A DNA stretch of 57,163 nt, taken from the IMG/VR virus record IMGVR_UViG_3300020045_005021, positions 1 to 57,163 of that record; one strand, 5' to 3'. The stretch's first letter is position 1. Every line of letters starts with the position of its first letter. The stretch comes from a virus (Duplodnaviria > Caudoviricetes). The notes under the pieces are model-generated. The model was not told the origin of the DNA and did not search any database. It worked only from the letters and a program-made list of their open reading frames with translations. This document shows, piece by piece, positions 51,129 through 57,163 of this stretch. Position numbers and translations under genes: made by a program.

Positions 51129-51629
51129 ATGGGTGGATATATAGGCGTAGGAATAGTATTGTTAATTTTAGGATTTGGATTAGCATTTCTAATAAATGAT
51201 ATTAAAAAGAGAATTAATAATTCAAATAAATATAGAGTTTGCTTTAAGAAGGGTTTTAAAAAATGTGGATTACCACTTATTAAACTAAAGATTAATGGCA
51301 AATTGGAATGGTTTTTATTAGATACTGGAGCAAATGATAATTATTTAAAAGAATCATATTTTAATACAATTGAAAATAAACCAATTGCATTAAGTGAGTC
51401 TAAAACTAATGATTCAAATAATGAAATGACAGTAAATAATTACTTATTTGACTTGTCATATAATAAATCAATGTTTAAAGATGAGCAATTTAGTGTTACT
51501 ACATTGAATACATTTAATGAGCCATTTCAAGGATATGATATCGTTGGAATAATTGGAAGTCCATTTTTCAGTAAATATCGTTTCCAATTTGACTTCGATG
51601 AATTAGTAGTTTGGATTAATAAAAAATAA
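51129..51629 (+). CDS. Membrane-anchored retropepsin-like aspartic protease
   Basis: N-terminal TM; FLLDTGA; GIIGSPFF. Confidence 0.8.
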   Translation: MGGYIGVGIVLLILGFGLAFLINDIKKRINNSNKYRVCFKKGFKKCGLPLIKLKINGKLEWFLLDTGANDNYLKESYFNTIENKPIALSESKTNDSNNEMTVNNYLFDLSYNKSMFKDEQFSVTTLNTFNEPFQGYDIVGIIGSPFFSKYRFQFDFDELVVWINKK

Positions 51630-51735
51630 TAATTATGCTAATAGAATTTATAATAATGATATTGTCATTAATTGCTGGATATTCAATTGGGTTTATAATA
51701 GCAAAATATATTATAGAAAAGAAAAATCTAAATAA

Positions 51736-52029
51736 ATGATTATGAACAAATACAAATTATTCAAAAAGACTGAGAATTACTTGAAATTTCTCACACCATT
51801 ACAAGATAATCCTAAATCAAAAGTTGCAAAAGTGCTGACTAATGATGATAAAATGTATATTGGATATAACGAGGATGAAGAAATGTTTTTAGAAATTGCT
51901 CAATGTCCAAGAATTTATGTTGGAATGGATTTAAGATGTAAGAATATGGATACTAATTCTTATGAAGATTTAGGTAAATTGGTTGATATTCAATATAGAG
52001 AAGATTCAGGATTTTTATTTATATTCTAA
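51736..52029 (+). CDS. Hypothetical protein
   Basis: 97 aa ORF. Confidence 0.5.
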   Translation: MIMNKYKLFKKTENYLKFLTPLQDNPKSKVAKVLTNDDKMYIGYNEDEEMFLEIAQCPRIYVGMDLRCKNMDTNSYEDLGKLVDIQYREDSGFLFIF

Positions 52030-52129
52030 ATGATTAAAAAATCTTATAGGTATTGCAAGTATTGTGATAGAATAATACCATTTGGGTATGATTTAAAAGA
52101 ACACAAGCAAATATGTAGGAAGATAAATA

Positions 52130-52867
52130 ATGGCTAAGAAAAAAGACATAAGCGCTCGTTGTACTGAGTCTTTTTTATATAAGCATGAATTATATCACTA
52201 TCCAAATAAAGAATGGTTTATAGAGCAGGAAAATGAGGTTATAGGCGTTAATTTAAAGTCTATAATGGGTCAATCCAAACTTAAACTTGAGAAATATAAC
52301 TTTACTCAAATTCAAGAAATAAAAGACTCTTCGGATTTATCAACTGATATGAAAGATATAAAAGTTGCTGGGATAGTTAAGTCTCTAGAATATAGACCAT
52401 CTCAAAAAGATGTATATTTTTATTGGGTAGAAATAATTGATGATAGAAACACTATCAAAGCTTATTGTAATAGAAAAACATTTGAAACATTTAATGCTCA
52501 TATATTAAAAGGCAAATGTTCATTATTTAATATTAGTGTTAAAAATGGATTTATATCTTTTGATAAATGCGTATTAATGGATATAGTTCCATTTAAAGCA
52601 GGATATATATTACAGATAGATTTACCTTATGGACTATTTACTACTGCAATTAAAGAATATATAGAGGATGAATTAGATGTAACTATAAGACGAGGAAATG
52701 TTCAAGTATATTTGAGAACTTATGGATATGATTTATTTATAGACCCTGCATATGAGTTAATTGATAATATATTTAATAAGTTTGGAGTAAAATGTAGGGT
52801 GAGAAAAATAGATGAAGTATTTAATGATGATGAAATAATGAAATATTTAGAAGAAAATGGCTATTAA
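52130..52867 (+). CDS. Stand-alone protein resembling the DnaE C-terminal OB-fold region
   Basis: ENEVIGVNL, VAGIVKS, EIIDD pattern; no polymerase catalytic domain. Confidence 0.45.
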   Translation: MAKKKDISARCTESFLYKHELYHYPNKEWFIEQENEVIGVNLKSIMGQSKLKLEKYNFTQIQEIKDSSDLSTDMKDIKVAGIVKSLEYRPSQKDVYFYWVEIIDDRNTIKAYCNRKTFETFNAHILKGKCSLFNISVKNGFISFDKCVLMDIVPFKAGYILQIDLPYGLFTTAIKEYIEDELDVTIRRGNVQVYLRTYGYDLFIDPAYELIDNIFNKFGVKCRVRKIDEVFNDDEIMKYLEENGY

Positions 52868-53032
52868 AAAATTTAAAGTGAGTTTCACTCGACAATACGA
52901 AGTTGAGACCGATGAAAATGCTAGTACCGAATTTATAATAAAGCTAGCCCAATCTGAATTTAATAGTGATATAGAATTTGGATTTATTGGAGTTGATGAT
53001 GATTGTTTTGATATTAAACTATTAAATTAAAA

Positions 53033-53431
53033 ATGATTAAAGGACATAGAAATCAATTATACAACATACACAATGAATTTCAAGGTAAAATTAAAAAAGT
53101 TCTTTGTGTATGTTCAGCAGGTCTTTTAAGGTCTGCTACGCTACAAAACATGCTTATTAAAGAGTATGGTTATAATGTAAGAAATTGTGGCACGGAAGAG
53201 AGTTATGCGCTTATTCCGATAAGTGAGGCATTATTGTTGTGGGCTGATGAAATAGTTTTTGTAAATAAAGCTAATTATCGGTCAGTTCAATATTATTCAG
53301 AAGAAATGGTTGGATTAGATTTAAGTAAAGTATTTTATTTAAATATTCCTGACAATTACTCATTCAATGACCCAAAATTAGTTGAGATTTGTAAGCAGCA
53401 ATATAAAGAAATTATTTTAAAAGAAGTATAA
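53033..53431 (+). CDS. Low-molecular-weight protein tyrosine phosphatase-like protein
   Basis: VLCVCSAGLLRS (CX5R), WADEIV, LNIPD. Confidence 0.8.
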   Translation: MIKGHRNQLYNIHNEFQGKIKKVLCVCSAGLLRSATLQNMLIKEYGYNVRNCGTEESYALIPISEALLLWADEIVFVNKANYRSVQYYSEEMVGLDLSKVFYLNIPDNYSFNDPKLVEICKQQYKEIILKEV

Positions 53432-53432
53432 T

Positions 53433-53789
53433 ATGGAAGATAAAAATTTAGATTGGCCTGTATTAAGTATGAGTAAGGCGCTTGAAAGATTCGGTGGAAA
53501 TCCTTGTGCGTTTATAGATTTGAGAAAATATAGATTTAGGTCTGAAAAAGAAGTATCAATATCTGGATTTTCTGGACTTCTTAAAACTCACATCAAAAAA
53601 GACGATAATGGAGCTGCCTATGCCGGTATAGTAATTACATCAAACGATAGTCAAATAACAATAGCATTTAATGACTTTAAAATGATAAGTGACTTAATAG
53701 ACAAATTAACCGAAGTTCAACATCATTCATTTAAAAGTGGATTTACATATCAATTAAAAGAAAATGTACGAAAAGATAATCAAATATAA
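53433..53789 (+). CDS. Hypothetical protein
   Basis: 118 aa ORF. Confidence 0.5.
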   Translation: MEDKNLDWPVLSMSKALERFGGNPCAFIDLRKYRFRSEKEVSISGFSGLLKTHIKKDDNGAAYAGIVITSNDSQITIAFNDFKMISDLIDKLTEVQHHSFKSGFTYQLKENVRKDNQI

Positions 53790-53847
53790 TTATGAATGAT
53801 TTATATTTAATGTGGGAAGATTATTGTTTAATTAATGATATTTCAAA

Positions 53848-54444
53848 ATGAGAATAGATTATAAAGGAGATTTAGATAAACTATTTTTTACCAGCGATTC
53901 ACATTTTCTTCATGAAAGAATTATAGAATTCTGTAATAGACCATTCCATTCTAATGAAAATCAATCAGAAGAATTAATTAGAAGATGGAATGAAGTAGTA
54001 CCAGAAGATGGAATAGTATTTCATCTTGGAGATTTATGCTGGACTGGTAATATTGATTTTATTCTTAAATTAAATGAGAGATTAAATGGATCAATTAATT
54101 TAGTTTACGGAAATCACGACATGCAGAATAAACTTGATAGAGAAATCATTAAGAATATTTTTAAATCTTATGGTGGAGATACAATGGATATTGCATCTAT
54201 ATTAGTTAGAAATGATAACAACCAGCAATTAACATGCTGTCATTATCCAATGTTATATTGGCCAACTAATACTATTATGTTGCATGGTCATGTACATAGT
54301 GGCCCAACATCTACAGCTTCAGAGAAGATGCCATTTCATCCTATGCGGTATGATGTAGGAGTTGATAATAATTTTTATAAACCAATATCTTATATAGAAT
54401 TAATGGAAATAATTGAAAAACAAAAGCTATGCGCATTGGAATAG
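53848..54444 (+). CDS. Calcineurin-like metallophosphoesterase
   Basis: SDSHF, HLGD, GNHD, HGHVH, DVGVD. Confidence 0.9.
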   Translation: MRIDYKGDLDKLFFTSDSHFLHERIIEFCNRPFHSNENQSEELIRRWNEVVPEDGIVFHLGDLCWTGNIDFILKLNERLNGSINLVYGNHDMQNKLDREIIKNIFKSYGGDTMDIASILVRNDNNQQLTCCHYPMLYWPTNTIMLHGHVHSGPTSTASEKMPFHPMRYDVGVDNNFYKPISYIELMEIIEKQKLCALE

Positions 54445-54980
54445 ATCTGGACGACGTAATTAACAATTTGGTGTCGATTTGGCTAAGTCGCTATAACTTA
54501 GACTATAACGATAATGTCAAAATCGAGGACATTAAATCTTGGGATATTGGAGATTATACTAAAGCTGGCAAAGATTTTTATAAGTATCTTGGAGATGGAG
54601 AGACTTTCAAAAATCTATCTATAAAAGATGGTGCTGCAAATGTTATTGAAAAGTTATGTCAAGAGCATGAAGTTTATATTGTAACAGCAAATGCATCTTA
54701 CAATACGGGTGTTTGTGATGATAAAGTAAATTTTATTAAGAAATTTATGCCATTCTTTCCAATAAAAAATATTATTTTCATTAATAATAAATCATTATTA
54801 GATTTAGATGTTTTAATTGATGATGGATTACATAATTTTGTAGGATTTAAAGGCAAGAAAATAGTTTTTGATAGACCCTGGAATCAAGATTATAGAAATA
54901 AGTACGACTGGAGAATGGAGTGTTGGGATGAGAATTTATTGTTGGCAATAAAATTAATAGATAATGGAATTAGCAGATAG
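54429..54980 (+). CDS. 5'(3')-deoxyribonucleotidase (HAD family)
   Basis: IDLDDV, IVTA, LIDD, PWN. Confidence 0.85.
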   Translation: MRIGIDLDDVINNLVSIWLSRYNLDYNDNVKIEDIKSWDIGDYTKAGKDFYKYLGDGETFKNLSIKDGAANVIEKLCQEHEVYIVTANASYNTGVCDDKVNFIKKFMPFFPIKNIIFINNKSLLDLDVLIDDGLHNFVGFKGKKIVFDRPWNQDYRNKYDWRMECWDENLLLAIKLIDNGISR

Positions 54981-55290
54981 AAAAGATAATGGCAAACTTA
55001 GATGGAGGAATTTTCCACCATTCATGTTGAGACCATTAGCTCAAGTAGCACAATTTGGTGAAGGTAAATATGCAACATATAATTACTTAAAAGGAGGTTC
55101 TCAGAATCAATATTTAGATTGTATGCATAGACATTTAGACTCATATGAAGATCCTACTCAAGATGATTTAGATCCAGAAAGTAGAATTAGTCATTTAGCT
55201 CATGTAGCCTGGAATGCGCTCGTAGCTATTTATATGTTGGAAAACTTTCCTGAATTAGATGATAGATTTAAAATAAATAAAGATGTATAA
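54964..55290 (+). CDS. dATP/dGTP diphosphohydrolase-like protein
   Basis: KDNGKLRW, FGEGKY, RH, DPESRISHLAHVAWN. Confidence 0.8.
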   Translation: MELADRKDNGKLRWRNFPPFMLRPLAQVAQFGEGKYATYNYLKGGSQNQYLDCMHRHLDSYEDPTQDDLDPESRISHLAHVAWNALVAIYMLENFPELDDRFKINKDV

Positions 55291-55492
55291 AATAACCAAA
55301 GAACAGCTAGAGTCAATCGAGCATTACGAAAGAATGTTTAGAACATTAAGAGATGATTTAAACAATTTATGCAAAGAAGATAGGCCTGATATATTAATTG
55401 GATTTGAATTGGGTAGAAATGCTAAATACTGTGGTGATTGGGCTAATGAAATCATGGAATTAATTAAAGAAATAAAATTTGCAGATGAGTAA
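55283..55492 (+). CDS. Hypothetical protein
   Basis: 69 aa ORF. Confidence 0.5.
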   Translation: MYKITKEQLESIEHYERMFRTLRDDLNNLCKEDRPDILIGFELGRNAKYCGDWANEIMELIKEIKFADE

Positions 55493-55627
55493 AAAATATT
55501 GGGAAGCTTTTAAAAAAGAGGCTAAAAGAGAATTTACCACAAGAACAAAAGGTAAAACATTTATTGATGTAATGGAAATATTTATTATTATAAAAATAGC
55601 CGAATGGGCTGTAACATTATTTTAATT

Positions 55628-55882
55628 ATGACAGATAAAATATTAGATAAAAAGCCATTTTTACAACAAGTAAAAATTAGATGGAAATCTGAAACTAATA
55701 AGTTTTGGAAGAAGGTTTTAAAGATTGCAACTATAATTGGTTCATCTGCTGCTGGAATATTATTGGCTAACACTACTTTTGGATTAGAGCAATATGTATC
55801 GCCAATTATATTTCAAATTAGTGGATATGCATTGACTGCTTGCGGAGCTATGGGTCTTGCAGCAAAATTGACTAAAGTATAA
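55628..55882 (+). CDS. Two-TM membrane protein (holin-like)
   Basis: RWKSET.KFWKKV then two TM helices ending AAKLT. Confidence 0.5.
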   Translation: MTDKILDKKPFLQQVKIRWKSETNKFWKKVLKIATIIGSSAAGILLANTTFGLEQYVSPIIFQISGYALTACGAMGLAAKLTKV

Positions 55883-56021
55883 TTAAATAATAATTTAAGA
55901 TGAAAAAAGAAAATTTAAAAGAAGATTATCAACAAGGACATGATTCTACAAATAATAGTAGCAATACAGGTAGAGATAGAACTGATGGAGGAATGAGAGA
56001 TCCTATATTTGGATACAGCTC

Positions 56022-56264
56022 TTGGTTGTAAAAATGAATAATCCTTGCGAAAATAAAAGTTATAGAGCTATCTTGAAGATTCTTTTAGAGATAGAAGATC
56101 TTCAATTTAGCTCTAAATATGAATTAGAGTTTGAATATGAAGGATGGAAGAATCCAACAGAAGAAGAATTAGAATTAAGAGCAATTGAATTATTCCAAGA
56201 TAAATATTCAGAATGTTTTGATATGGAAACTTCTGTCGAAGTAATATCTATAAATAAGAATTAA
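56022..56264 (+). CDS. Hypothetical protein
   Basis: Acidic ORF; true start probably the MNNP ATG. Confidence 0.45.
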   Translation: MVVKMNNPCENKSYRAILKILLEIEDLQFSSKYELEFEYEGWKNPTEEELELRAIELFQDKYSECFDMETSVEVISINKN

Positions 56265-56266
56265 TT

Positions 56267-56677
56267 ATGGAAAAGAAACTAATTCTAAGTAAAATACAGA
56301 CTCCTGATGGAACTATTTTAAAGTCTATGCACGTTCATGATTATGTGACACATTTAGATGCAAATGGAGAAGAATATATGCTTGATGGCGGAAATGAATA
56401 TCAGCGATATAACATAACAAAAGATCCATTCAAAGATTTATCAATTTATTCAGACGCTCCATTTGAAGTTATCCGTGAAAATTATTGTCGTGGAGGTCGA
56501 GGCAAAGATGGATTACAACCATTAACTTGGGTTCCACTATCAAAGATGTCTAATGAATGGGTAAAAAATTGTATTAAATATAATGATGATCGAGGCATGA
56601 GAAATTGCGATTCAAATTATTGGTACAATAAAGAGTTGAAATATCGTCAAAGAATGGAAATATTTATTGAAGATTAA
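56267..56677 (+). CDS. Conserved phage hypothetical protein
   Basis: TPDGTILKS.HVHDYV, YMLDGG, RGKDG. Confidence 0.65.
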   Translation: MEKKLILSKIQTPDGTILKSMHVHDYVTHLDANGEEYMLDGGNEYQRYNITKDPFKDLSIYSDAPFEVIRENYCRGGRGKDGLQPLTWVPLSKMSNEWVKNCIKYNDDRGMRNCDSNYWYNKELKYRQRMEIFIED

Positions 56678-56937
56678 TGAAAGAATTTATTAATAAAATA
56701 TTTTCAAATCAACAAGTAACTATTGAAGAATTATCTCAATTTATAGTTGAATATGCTGAACTGTGTGAAATTAGAAGTACCACTCCTCAGCATATTCAAT
56801 TTGCAATACAGTTCATTCAAAATGGAATGTTTGATTTGCAATACGCTTGTAAGAATTGTGCTAAGAAATTAGGATTAAAGATGGTTGAATTAAAAGATAA
56901 GAATGGACAAATATTATATACTAAAATAGAAGAATAA
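56677..56937 (+). CDS. Hypothetical protein
   Basis: 86 aa ORF. Confidence 0.55.
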   Translation: MKEFINKIFSNQQVTIEELSQFIVEYAELCEIRSTTPQHIQFAIQFIQNGMFDLQYACKNCAKKLGLKMVELKDKNGQILYTKIEE

Positions 56938-57163
56938 ATGGGATTAAAAATTATAAAGGCTGGAAGTTCATGGTGTTCTCCATGCGGTATATTATCAAAG
57001 GTATTAGTGCCATTATTATTAGATTATCCAAATATTGAATTTGAAGAAATTGATATTGAAGAAAATGATGATTTTGCAGTAAAATATAGTATTAGAAGTT
57101 TACCAACAACTTTAATATTTATGGATGATATAGAATTATTTAGATTTGTTGGAACAAGAAGTA
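56938..57163 (+). CDS. Thioredoxin (partial, runs off the window)
   Basis: WCSPC active site, IRSLPT. Confidence 0.85.
   Translation, partial: MGLKIIKAGSSWCSPCGILSKVLVPLLLDYPNIEFEEIDIEENDDFAVKYSIRSLPTTLIFMDDIELFRFVGTRS

Noticed and set aside
21999-55773. Short minus-strand ORFs within the plus arm
   Set aside because: Antisense shadows of plus-strand genes; no promoters or motifs

Overview
An AT-rich 57 kb segment of a crAss-like (Crassvirales-type) tailed phage that most likely infects a Bacteroidota host, judging by four TAnnTTTG-type promoters. It has two divergent arms. The minus arm (1-19.9 kb) is the late/packaging region: tail-fibre-like protein, portal, large terminase, two GIY-YIG endonucleases, IHF/HU-like, GroES-like and GroEL genes, and a tRNA cluster. 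The plus arm (20.1-57 kb) holds early small ORFs and structured non-coding elements, replication genes (SF2 and DnaB-like helicases, AAA ATPase, primase), a phiEco32-type amidoligase/ATP-grasp/GATase/GGCT cluster, and nucleotide-metabolism genes. The ORF track is misleading in the late arm: the fragmented ORFs at 732-11150 are four long genes interrupted by 22 in-frame TGA codons, many at positions where Trp is expected. An opal-suppressor tRNA (anticodon TCA, A1-U72/G73) is encoded upstream at 15391-15463, while plus-arm genes still use TGA as a stop, so the genome appears to run two genetic codes. The terminase also carries a 350-aa LAGLIDADG intein and a 301-nt group I intron. Other notable items are several tRNA-like RNAs with missing or degenerate anticodon arms, a large structured RNA upstream of a DUF559 endonuclease, and a degenerate repeat array. 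All protein assignments come from motif recognition by eye, not database searches.
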